This document shows positions 27,130 through 38,109 of a stretch of 64,000 nucleotides of DNA, one piece after another. A program made the translations under genes and the position numbers. This DNA comes from Ginglymostoma cirratum (lineage: Eukaryota), in assembly GCA_024137785.1 (NCBI GenBank), contig JAHRHZ010000040.1, positions 3,388,237 through 3,452,236 of the forward strand. Reading direction: 5' to 3'. The first letter of the stretch is position 1; every line of letters begins with the position of its first letter. The notes beneath the pieces are model-generated. The model ran no database searches. It had not been told where the DNA came from and saw only the letters and a program-made list of their open reading frames with translations.

Positions 27130-28010
27130 CACTGTATTTGAATAGCATTTTTTAAAAATGTAGCCAAATGTCTCAAGCTACTTCATCAGCTAAGAATTGA
27201 GCTGAGAAAAGAGACATTAGGATAAATCAAAAGTGTGGTGAAAAACAGTATGAAGAAATAGAGATGTTTAGAGCTTGGAGTCTTCGCTGCTGAAAGCAGA
27301 ACCAGCAATTGTCGAATGAGGGGTGCTAAGCTGTGCAAGAGGGTGGAATGGAAAGTGCTCAGGACTATAGAATTTGAAATGACACAAGTGTGGCACACCT
27401 TTCAATGGATTTGAGCATGAGGATTAGAACTTTTAAAATTGAGAATGTCACGGATGAAGAAGTTGCTGAGCGTCAGGATATGGGAAGAGTGAATGACCTC
27501 CCTTTTATTGAGTGTAGAAAATGTGAAGAACATTGGAGAAGTAAGTTCTTATTTTCTTTTTAAGTGTGGATGAGAGCTTCAGCCATGATGGGGTAACATG
27601 TACATGGAAGCAAAGTTACAGAAGTGGAGATAGTTTTGACAGTGGGAGGAGAGGTATTAGAGTGATTTGGGCATGAACTTGAGAAAAATGAAAATTTTGA
27701 AACTGAATTTTGAAGAGAGAAAAATGCTTGGTGATTAAGGTAGTAGTTTACTTGAACAATGTGATCAAGAGGAGGACAACAGTATCAGAAGAGAGAACCC
27801 TTTGCCATATCACCAACATGAAATCCTGGAAGGCAATATGTTTGTTGGAATGAGGTTGTGAAAGATGAATCTCGTGGATAAGCTGAGCTTAGAACAAGTA
27901 TATGAAGATAGAGTGAAAGGTGAGAGTTCAGTGCTGAGGCTGTTGGAGGAAAAAGCTTAGGAAAATTTAACTTTGTACGTTAAGGGAAGGATGCAGCAAA
28001 AGCAGTAGAA
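27130..28010 (-). mobile_element. Old L2-like LINE fragment
   Basis: Begins tgtatttgaatagcattttt (reverse L2-type tail), followed by purine-rich decayed sequence; no clean motif recovered. Confidence 0.4.
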
Positions 28011-28048
28011 CCAACTTGGAGACAAGTTTTTAAAAAAAAAAATCTTTC

Positions 28049-28244
28049 AGAGATAGTAGAAACTGCAGAAGCTGGAGAATCTGAGATAACAAGGTGTAGA
28101 GCCGGATGAACACAGCAGGCCAAGCAGCATCAGAGGACCAGGAAGGGTCATTTCTGAAGAAGGGTCTAGGCCCGAAACGTCAGCCTTCCTGCTCCTCTGC
28201 TGCTTGGCCTGCTGTGTTCATCCAGCTCTACACCTTGTTATCTC
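28049..28244. mobile_element. Palindromic Penelope-like pLTR element, subfamily B, hammerhead-like core 28154-28181 (+)
   Basis: Inverted arms; core CTGAAGAAGGGTCTAGGCCCGAAACGTC sits in the hairpin loop. Confidence 0.82.
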
Positions 28245-29104
28245 TTCTTAAAAAACAAAAAAAACCTTGTTCATTTTGAAGGTGAGGATAGAGGAGACTC
28301 CTGTAGGATTAAAGACTAACTTTACACATAATGTTGGCTGAATGGAATTTTGTTGTGCAGAGCTATCCCGTATCAGGATCCTGGAATGTCAGCTGCATCA
28401 ATTATTGCTGACAGTATGGCAGTTATTACATAATGGATGAAATTCAACATCACATAAAATGAAATATTGGGTATGGGAATAAGAAGACAGTCAATTTAAG
28501 ATGAATAAACTTCTGAAGGGGCAGTAGGAACTGAGCGTTTAGAATATTATGTGCAGTTTTGGCCTCCTTACTAAAATAGGCATGCACATACGTTGAAAGC
28601 AGTTGAGAAGTTCCACAAGACTAATTCCGGGGATGAAGAGGTTATTTTTTCTGGAACTTTTGACCAGGTTGATGAATGCTCACTGGAACTTAAAAGGATG
28701 AGATGTCTTTATTTAAAAGTAGAAGATAGTGAAGGATTCAAGTTTAGATGCTAAGGATGTATGACAGGATAAATGTTGAGAGGACATTTTCCCTCATGGA
28801 GTCTAGAATTAGAGGGAAAATGTTTATTTTTACAAAAGTCTTTTGCCCAAGGACTGAGGGGTTCTGTGATGGATATTGAAAACTATGGACTTTGATTTTC
28901 TCTAGTATATAATTGGAGAAAATATCTGCACATTCAGTACTTGATATCTGATGAGCAAATGGAGGTGGGTTAGAAAGCTACAGAGTCTCTGTTCATATGG
29001 AAACCTACATTTGTATTTTTGGATATTGTTGTGTTACAGTCCCAGCTGATGGTACTCATGGGCATGTCAAGTCCCAGAGTGAAACCTGGCTTGATAGATT
29101 TATA

Positions 29105-29332
29105 GGATAACAAGGTGTAGAGCTGGATGAACACAGCAGGCCAGGCAGCATCAGAGGAGCAGGAAAGCCGACGTTTCGGGTCTGCACCCTTCTCCTGAAA
29201 ATCATTTTCTGAAGAAGGGTCTGGACCCGAAACGTCAGCTTTCCTGCTCCTCTGATGCTGCCTGGCCTGCTGTGTTCATCCAGCTCTACACCTTGTTATC
29301 TCAGACTCCAGCATCGGCAGTTCCTACTATCT
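29105..29332. mobile_element. Palindromic Penelope-like pLTR element with 14-bp TSD, hammerhead-like core 29209-29236 (+)
   Basis: Near-perfect inverted arms of about 95 bp; perfect TSD TTGATAGATTTATA at 29091-29104 and 29333-29346. Confidence 0.85.
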
Positions 29333-31338
29333 TTGATAGATTTATAATTTGTTTTTAGTTTTTTTTTTTTAGTTAGTTAACAGTTGATATTCACGCAAGG
29401 CTGCAGATTTTCTTTAACGAGAACAGAAGTTTATCTCAGATTTTTTAAAAAAGGTAGTTATAATCTTTTACAATGCATTCAAGCAAGGGTTTTCAATCTT
29501 TTCCAACATTCTCCATTATCGCGTCAAATCCAAAGAAATTAGTACCCCTATCTCAACTCGAAGTACCAACATTTCACCCATCTGACAGTCTAATTTTCTC
29601 AATTCAAATAACCTGCAGGTTTCTAATCCAACTCTCCTGCTTTGGGAGGTTCTAAAACTGAACTCTTGAGTTCTGTGAACTGCACTGAACTCTAGGAGGA
29701 AAAAATTGCTTCTGAATTCAATACTGATGTCTTCTAAATTACAAGACAAAAATAAATACTTAATCCCGTATTCTTCTGAAATTAAAAGGAAGTAAATGGC
29801 CTTACATGTAGGTCACCAATACTCCTTGGTCACCATGTTCCAAACACACAGCAGCCATCATCTAGACGGGTGATAGATCCATGGGAACGCCACTGCAGGT
29901 TCCTCTAAGTCACTTGCACCATCATGACTTGGAGGAGGAGTGAGTTATTTCCAACGTTGTTGAATTAAAATCCTGGATCTCACTTCCCAGCAGGATGTAC
30001 CTGCAGCACATGGACTAGTGGTTCGTGAAGGCAGCTCACCACACCACCACCTCAAGAAGTGTTGACCCAATACTGAAGCCAACATACCATCAGTGACATT
30101 TTCAAAAATGTTTACTATGCCTGTTGTAAACCCAACGGCCTAAGCTGCTTTTCATTAATGTCACAGGGTCTGTTGTCTGACAGACTGCTAGATTTAGATC
30201 ACTCTTGCTGTATGATTCTAACCTATTTTTAAGATGAGTAAACCACTATGCAGAAATAACCCACCTGTCAACCTCCATTTTGAAATCCAAATTCCAAAAG
30301 TAATGTATGCACCTTTCATCATAGTTGCCAAGGGGTGGCTTACGGATAAGAACCGTGAGCACCAAAGAGAGAATTTAGGAGATTGCCTTTACAATGAGCA
30401 GATAAGGCAGATAGAAATGGAACTAGGTGACAGCAGTTGCACCCAGTTGGATGATAGAAGCTGAAGCAATGGAGGAAGATACTATGATCAGATGAATTGA
30501 AATGTATTAACAAGTCCAGAGAGATCAATGTTTATCACATCCACAATTGCTTGGGATGTTATTTGTGACTTTGATTAGGATTGTTGCAGTTTATTCACCT
30601 CAGAACAGCCCCACTTGACACTCTGACCAACTAGTAGTGCTGTACTATCATTTTTGCTTCAATTCTTATCATGTTTCAGTTTGAGATTCAGGCATGTCAG
30701 AGGAGAAACAGGTGTTTGAGCCTTAAAGGATGTTACTGAAGTTGAAAATGGTGCTTTGATTTCAAGCATGGGATGTGAAGTGAAAGTTGCTTTGGAGAAC
30801 ATAATTTTATCCTGATTATTACAAAGTGCAGATTGATGTCCTGGTAGTGTATAAATTCTTTACCTATTTTGTTACAATTTGTTAAAGTGATATAGGCCTG
30901 CAAATTGTTTAACTTATAAAAGCGCACAGTAAGTTACCATCAAAGTGGTAAAATATGATGTTTTAAAATGTGAATGCATAATCAAATGTGAATACAAAAT
31001 TATGCACCCTTCCAAGGGGAGTTGACATGCTGTTTCACATTTTCAATTTGTGTTTATCTTTGCTGTCTAATGGGAAATAGCTGAACTCTTCCCTCATCCT
31101 ACTCTTCAAACCCCCATCCCCAAAGCCCTCAACCATCCACCCTTAAGTGATTTCTTGCATGGCTAAAATTCCAACATTTTGTCTTGAATTTTGGGGAATT
31201 TGAATACTGTAAATGGGGGCATTTATTTGCCTTTAGCTTACAGACTTGTGACTTGTTTCTTGCTCTGTATATCCCTGTCTCCTTTTTTGCTTTTCTCTCC
31301 CATTTTCTGTTGTGAATGGTGTTGGTAATGCATCTTAG

Positions 31339-31440
31339 ATGCATTTGCAGCTTCGCCTACTGAAGAATCAACAACATCTGAAGGGGCAGGAGCAGCAGCA
31401 GCCCCTGCAGCAGCAGCGCTTGATGCATGTGCTGGAACTG
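31339..31440 (+). CDS. SNAP91: AP180 exon, 102 nt, phase 1-1, DAFAASPTEESTTSEGAGAAAAPAAAALDACAGT
   Basis: catcttag| ... GAACTG|gtgggt; matches DAFAASP...AAALDACSGN; missed by the ORF track. Confidence 0.93.
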
Positions 31441-32200
31441 GTGGGTCTTATATCATTAGTTTACTTGTAGTTGTCATTGAACTAACATTTTTAGTTATTC
31501 ATTATTGGTGTGGAATTTCTCAAGATAACCTGAGTTTTCCGATTTCTATCAAGCGTTTTTTTTCACAGCATATACCATTATCTACTTCGCTTTTTGTGTA
31601 GAGAAAAAAATAATCCAGTGTTTATAAATTGCATGGGAGCTTTTCTGTATCCTTAAAAACAGAACTAAGTATCCTTGTGTGTTGTCAGCAGTCCCTACCA
31701 TATTCCTATTATCCCATAAATTTGTAACACTATTTTACTTTGTTTCATATTGCTCTGAAAGCTAATATTAGAGTGCCCAATTCTGTACTGATTCCTGAAC
31801 TGCTTTCCTCCTCGTTTTTGTGAGCTTCCCTTCCTCAATGTCTCTTCCCCAGTATTTTCCCCCTGCAATGAATTTACTCTTTGCAGGCAACATCCTATCA
31901 TGCATCCACGACCAGTGCAGTGCAATCTGAGTGACATACTTTTCTGTTGCCGCTACAATCTACCTGGCTAAAACAGTAACTGGTGGCATAATTTTGGTCT
32001 GCACAGCATTTCTATCAATGTCCATAAGTCTCCAGTATGAGCAGACTGCTTCATCTCTACCACATCGAGTTTTAGGCTTTTTGTATTAAACACTTTATTT
32101 TGGATTATCCTAGACCCCATAATTTTAATCATAAGATTGGTAGAAACCCAAAGGAATTGATTGAGTGGTTTTCAACGCCACTTCTGCAGGAACTCCACTG

Positions 32201-32203
<3 letters not shown>

Positions 32204-32247
<44 letters not shown>
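32204..32247. repeat. (TG)22 microsatellite
   Basis: Pure TG run. Confidence 0.97.
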
Positions 32248-32249
<2 letters not shown>

Positions 32250-33349
32250 TGATTTCTGAAAAGGTAGTTGCTGGCTGAGTTTCCAAGAACTAGTGGAATG
32301 GAGGAGAGAGTAGTTGTGTCCAGCAGCTCAGTAGTTGAAACACTCGTGAGCAAAGAGGAGTAGGACTAGTCTTACCTGATCTCTTGCGGAAATCTGGTCA
32401 TTGGTCCTTTGAGACCTCCCAGCTGTTAGTTGCAGCTTCTTCCCCCACCCCCACCACGATTGACATCCCACCTCCAGCTCGTAATACTGAGCCGACTCCT
32501 AGGCAGAGGTTGACTCCATTTAATCACTGGTCCGTCCAGATTGTCCGCTTCCTAACCCTCACTACCTCACCGCCATACTCCAGCAAACCCAGTCTTTCTC
32601 AACTGCTGGAACACCAGCACAACTAGTACCAGCAGTAGTCTCCTACCTCTGGCTTCCTAGTTTTTCAGTTTGGCTGCTAGGCAGGAAATGGAGAAAAGAG
32701 AATTACAGAGGGCCTGTTGTGGAGGAATCTCTGCTCTGCTGGGAATTCTGGGTACCCCCCTCTCCGACTACTGTGCGCCCCAGTACCCCCCATTTGAATA
32801 TAAATTTCAGGGTCCTGGCAATGGAAATTGTAATGCAAAAAGGGGAATTTGAAGGGTGATTAGAAGCTTTCCTTATTTCAATGAATTACATTCACCAAGG
32901 AAGCAAATAGTTATGAGTTCATTGTCCATCTTTGATATGATCACAGAAATTTATGCTGATATTGTTGTGGTGCATTGAGAGACTGCTGCCTTGCTGGTGT
33001 TTTTTTTTTTTTTTGGGTGAATCATGCGAACTGAAGCCTTGTTTCCATACTTTGGTATCAATACAAGCTGATGAGGCCCTATTCAAAGAACTGGGGAGTT
33101 TATCCCTTGTGACATGGCATATTTTGGTTCCCGTGGATCCTAAAGCAATTGCACGTAAAGCATGGACAGTAAACTGCTTTGGGATGCAACGATCAGTGTT
33201 GTGCAATATAAATGCAGGTTTTAATGGTACAGGAGTTTAGCAATGCAATATCTTAGGAAAGGCTAAACTTGGCAACAGGGTCAGTGGCGATGAAAGGAGG
33301 CAAGGCTGCAGAAGATGTTAGGGCTATTCAGAAATATGGCAATAGGGAG

Positions 33350-33690
33350 AGACGACAGTGCAGTGTAATGTCACTGGATTAGTAATCCAAAACTCCAGGT
33401 GTGTTTGAATATGAATTTGAATCCTACCATGCTGATGGTGAAAGTTGAATCCAATAAAATAAATCTTGCATTAGAAGGTAACCTATTAATCTTGTAACCA
33501 CTGTTCATGGTTGATGAAATCCTAGCTGGTTCACGCATGTCATTTAAGGGAAGCAAATCTGCCATTCATGCTTTGTCTAACCTATTTCTGAAACTGGACA
33601 TATAGCAATATGGTTGGCTCTTATCTCTCACTGTCCAGAGTGGAGTTGGGTTGTTAATACTGGCCTAGCCAGTGGTGCCCATATCAATTT
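33350..33690 (+). mobile_element. tRNA-derived SINE sharing head, body and tail with the LINE at 38110-41350 (another head copy on - at about 5520-5690)
   Basis: gtaatgtcactggattagtaatcca (anticodon-like arm), B-box-like tttgaatcc, tail taatactggcctagccagtggtgcccatatc. Confidence 0.72.
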
Positions 33691-35124
33691 TTTTTTTCTA
33701 CAAAAGACTGAAGATTACAGAGAGCGAATGATGAGGCCAGGAAAAATTTGAAGAATTGGAACTGAGTAGCGATTCTTGGTTGACAAGATTGATGGGTGAA
33801 CAGGGTTGTGCCAAGCAAGTTGAATTTCTGAGGAAAGGCAGGCTAGCAAAGGAACAGTTAGAATAACCAAATGTCAAGCTGTTAAAAGCCACTTAATAGG
33901 ATGGGATTTAACTGGATTTGTGTTAGATGAGACTTAAACTGGTTCCTTACAATTCAAGTGATCAAGAAAGTATGAATAGTAGTTGGCAACTAAAATGGAT
34001 GACTCGTTGCAAAAAATAGGGTGGACACACCTTTGTGTGCTGCTAATGATTCTTGGGTAGGCCTTTTCAATATGTGCCCAGACTTCCTTCTCAGAATAGA
34101 CCAAGCTGTTTACTTGGTCTTGGGACCAAGTGCAATTCGAACATGCAAGTGAGTATCATCTGTAGTTTTATTCAGGACCTCACCAAAGATTCCTAAGAAG
34201 AGTACACAGTCACCTTTTGGAAACTGTCAACTTTTTAATAAAAAAAAAAGTTTTTTTGTTTTTTGAGACCACAAGCATTCTCCTCCTAGCCTCTCAATAA
34301 TCTCTATCCAACTGCTACCCAGCTCCTCCTTTCTATTCCCACCCAGTAGGTTTCACTGTCACTTTCAACAAGCTGAAATTAAAGCTTTTCTAGCTAACCT
34401 GATTTCCTCTAGAGGTGTTTACTTGCTCAGAAGTCTGCTTTATTTATACAGATGGCACTGTCCTCACTCATCACCCATGTGTTGGTTCACTGTCCTTTCC
34501 TGTCCACAATGCCTCAGATACCTTCATGAACTGGTATGGAAGTCAGCCAGTTTTCTGTCAAGTGTATTAGTGAACAACTATAGAGCATTTATTTGGCATG
34601 CTTACTGCCGAATTGGGAAGACCAAATCTGAAGACTTCCCATCTGCAGTCTGCAATATGTACTTTTAGCTGAAAGGTGAAAATCTGTCATCTCCATTCCA
34701 GAGCCTCCATTTGAAGTCTAAAGTTCAGCTCGGGATCAATTATGGGCTCTGATTCAGCCAAATATTCTTTATCCGTTCTTACTAAGACAGTCCCATTATT
34801 CTTCATATCATCAAGCATTAAAACACCACTTAAACTGATGTCATCAGCATTCTTTAAAGGGTGAAACTTACATTTTAATCTAAAACACTAGTGAAATAAA
34901 TATTTAAAGAAGGAATGGTTTTGACATTTTTTAAAATCGCAGCATCCTATTTGTAATTCTCTAATCAGTACAATTTCCTGATTTGGTGAGGTGTTGCTAT
35001 TATTTTGTGATAATTTTGGTTCTCTGTGCAAAGAATGTATAGAATGTTATTTGCTTATCAATGTAAATTAACCCCTGTACAAATAGTCATTTGTAAGTAC
35101 AGAACTTGAGCGTTATTTAAATAA

Positions 35125-35490
35125 AAGCATTTTATTTAAGCTTTTTGTCTTGCACTCATCAGGCTATTTTGCAAGAACATAATAAATGGGAAAACTAACG
35201 TTTTATACATGAGGATAAAATGGTGATTGCTTGGTAGAGGTATAACCATGGAGAATGCATGCAAGCTGACTGACTGTTTGATCAGCCTCTTAGTCAACCT
35301 GTGGTTTAAGCTTTAACAAAGTTAATCTGTCAGTCAGCATTAATAGGTGTGTACATAGTGACTCCTCTTCCCAAGTAGATCCCACTTGCCAACTAGCAAG
35401 CAGTCTCCTCTTATGTAGTAAAAGTTATTCTTCCCCCTGAATTTGTATTCTTGCAAAATATCTTAATGAGTGCAAGACAAAGTGTCAATT
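35125..35490. mobile_element. Inverted pLTR pair of the Penelope-like family at 16850-18510
   Basis: 35138-35176 is the reverse complement of about 35448-35482; both resemble 18450-18490. Confidence 0.72.
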
Positions 35491-35691
35491 TTTTTTTACT
35501 TGTATAAGTGGAACTTTTAGAACTTTTTACACATGTATGTGGCAGGGTTAATGAAGTGTCAGTTACTACTTTATGGAGAAATAAATCACTCTCTACTGCT
35601 GTTTAGATGTTAACCCTAGTTTCTTGATTGTAAACCTTTTAACTTTCCATCCTCTGACCCTCTTTCTTCCCACCTCTATCCATTTCCAAAG

Positions 35692-36030
35692 ACCCTTTTG
35701 CACCATCTGAAGGTAGTGCAGAGGCTGCTGCTGAACTGGACCTTTTTGCTATGAAGCCTGCTGAGGCCAGCGTTCCTGCAACTACCCCCACCACCAGTGC
35801 AACCACCAGTGCAACTACCAGTACAACTACCAGTGCCATTACCAGCACAACAACTAGTGTGACTACGACTGAGACTGTTACTGTTACTGCTACTGCGACT
35901 GCTACTACTACTACTGCTACTACTATTACTGCGACTGCTACTACTACTCCTCCTACTACTGCTCCTCCTACCACTACAACTGCTGATACTCCTGTCACCA
36001 CCACTGCACCTGTTCTTGATATTTTTGGTG
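35692..36030 (+). CDS. SNAP91: AP180 exon, 339 nt, phase 1-1, DPFAPSEGSAEAAAELDLFAMKP-(Thr-rich)-APVLDIFG
   Basis: ttccaaag| ... TTTGGTG|gtaatt; conserved ends, low-complexity middle. Confidence 0.95.
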
Positions 36031-36274
36031 GTAATTTTATTCTTTATCTTGGCATTTCTGATCTAAGATGGTGATAATGCAGCAAATTTAAGTTTTAATG
36101 CCTTGTAAACTTATGCACATTTGCGCCAAGGATGTTTTAAATACCTCCTGGTTGGAGGTTAGCTTGTGTTAATAGATATATTTGATGAGTGTCTTTTAAA
36201 TGTATGCAAGCTTCTTTTATCATGGAGATTTCATGTGAGAAAGGAAAATTAATATATCTTATTTTTGCTCTTAG

Positions 36275-36358
36275 ATTTGTTTGATTCAGTACCTGAACCA
36301 AATGCATCTACAACTCCCAAACCAGAAACAGCTCCTAGTGTAGACCTGTTTGCATCAG
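36275..36358 (+). CDS. SNAP91: AP180 exon, 84 nt, phase 1-1, DLFDSVPEPNASTTPKPETAPSVDLFAS
   Basis: gctcttag| ... CATCAG|gtacaa. Confidence 0.93.
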
Positions 36359-36540
36359 GTACAAAACAGGAAAATCTTCGGTTCCCATCTGACACTGAGA
36401 AATCTACGAGTATTTCGTATAATCTTTTGGACTCCATTTTAAATTTAAAATTGTGTATAACACAATTTTTTTTGGGGAGAAGGGACTAATTGATCTCTTA
36501 ATTATTGATATTTATTTGCTTTTGCTTTCACTTTCCAAAG

Positions 36541-36612
36541 ATGCTTTTTCAACCCCTTCTCGTGGGGCTTCTCCTTTGCCTGAAAATAGTCTTACTGCTG
36601 ATCTGTTATCTG
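36541..36612 (+). CDS. SNAP91: AP180 exon, 72 nt, phase 1-1, DAFSTPSRGASPLPENSLTADLLS
   Basis: ttccaaag| ... TATCTG|gtgagt. Confidence 0.95.
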
Positions 36613-37069
36613 GTGAGTCATCCTCTTCTTTCTGAGCACATGCTTTGGAGATAGTGACAGTATCCATTTGAACGAAATAGTTTTGAACTAAGTGTTGTGT
36701 TTAGGGCAAAGTAGTTAATCACTGAGTTCTCACTTTGAGCCCAGTGAAAAATGAGTCTGGGGACCCCTGTCTAATTCCTCAGGAGGCTAGATCCACAGAA
36801 CAATTTAGTTATGCTGTAACTTCAACTAAATTGGCAACTATGGTGGAAGCTGGAATGTGGCTAAAGAGATGATAAAGTTCTTTGGGTACTTTCTCCACTA
36901 GCAATAGTTCTATACCTAATGATTTCCATGCTGTGTCTTTAAAATGGAAAATGTCTAACAACCACCCCCAAACTCTCACTGCTAGTTGCATTCATGTATA
37001 AGCAGTGTGTTGTGCTATTAGCTATCTTTAGTCACTGGGTAGTTTGGTACTTGAATATTGCTGAAAAAA

Positions 37070-37545
37070 AGAGAGATGTTGATGTTTCTCGTCTTGTACT
37101 CGTCAAGACAGATGCAAAATGTCATTTAAAAGGGAACCACCAATTTGTATTTCATGAGGGGAAAGGTGCTGATTGGATGGCAGGTGGAATCTGCCAGAGG
37201 TGTTGCCATGAAGAATCCACCAGTTAACGATTAACTCAGATTTTTTTTGTTCAATTCTACTCTGGTTGAGGCATTGCTGTGGGGAATGCATATCTCGTTA
37301 TTTGCGGCTTCCAGTAGGCATTTGTTTGCAGAGCACAGTGCCCTGCAAATAATAAGAACACGTCCATGCAGTGTGCCCTCTTAGTTTAGGGAACAGTTGT
37401 TCCCAGATGCACTCCCCATGCTAGTGCCTTGAATAATCGCACTTGGGTAAAAAGGGATGCCGATTGTTTGGCAATAGTAATTGTTGTCTGCTTTAAAATT
37501 TGTCTTGCATTCAAGACGAAAAGCTTTGGCACATGCCTTCTCTCA
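37070..37545. mobile_element. Second inverted pLTR pair of the same family
   Basis: ctcgtcttgtactcgtcaagaca (-) at about 37088-37110 and caagacgaaaagctt (+) at about 37513; interior resembles the reverse complement of 18350-18450. Confidence 0.6.
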
Positions 37546-38109
37546 CCAATGCTCTAGCTGCCCTTCAGCTGCTCAGACTTTTAATGTCAAGAATTAAAGT
37601 AATTGTGGGTATAGTTGACTTTGAACTTTGGGAAAGTAAACCAGAAAACGCTAGAAGCGTCTGATAAGAATATTTTAGCTGTGGACCTTTCTTCAATATG
37701 GGAAGTGTAACACATCTGAATGAAACAAAGAGAGAGACTAATCTGTTTTAAAAATACCAAAAAAGTTGCTTTCTGTCACATTAATGGACTCAAACTGGAG
37801 CAAACCTGTTTACATGTTGGCATGAAGTGAAATCTCAGTGATCATGTAAACATAAATGATGAAAAGACACAAGATGTAAAAAGACGCGTGGTGCAACAAT
37901 TTGGGAAAAATTGAAAAAAATAAAAAGTCACATTCACTAACCACGAAATAAAGCGAAAAATGAAATGTATAGATGCATCAGCACTGAAAAAAGACTTCAT
38001 CCTGCCTAACTTCCTAATCAACTTGATATGCCCACCCACCACCTGCCAAACAATGAACTGTCTTGAACACAGGAGTCCACAGAAAATGGCAACATGAGGG
38101 ACAGTAAGG

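Noticed and set aside
33350-33440. tRNA genes here and at 5395-5920, 38110 and 50428
   Set aside because: Degenerate stems and boxes that run on into SINE/LINE bodies; these are tRNA-derived repeat heads.
35639-36004. Minus-strand 121-aa Val-rich ORF resembling a membrane protein
   Set aside because: It is the antisense shadow of the Thr/Ala codons in the SNAP91 exon.
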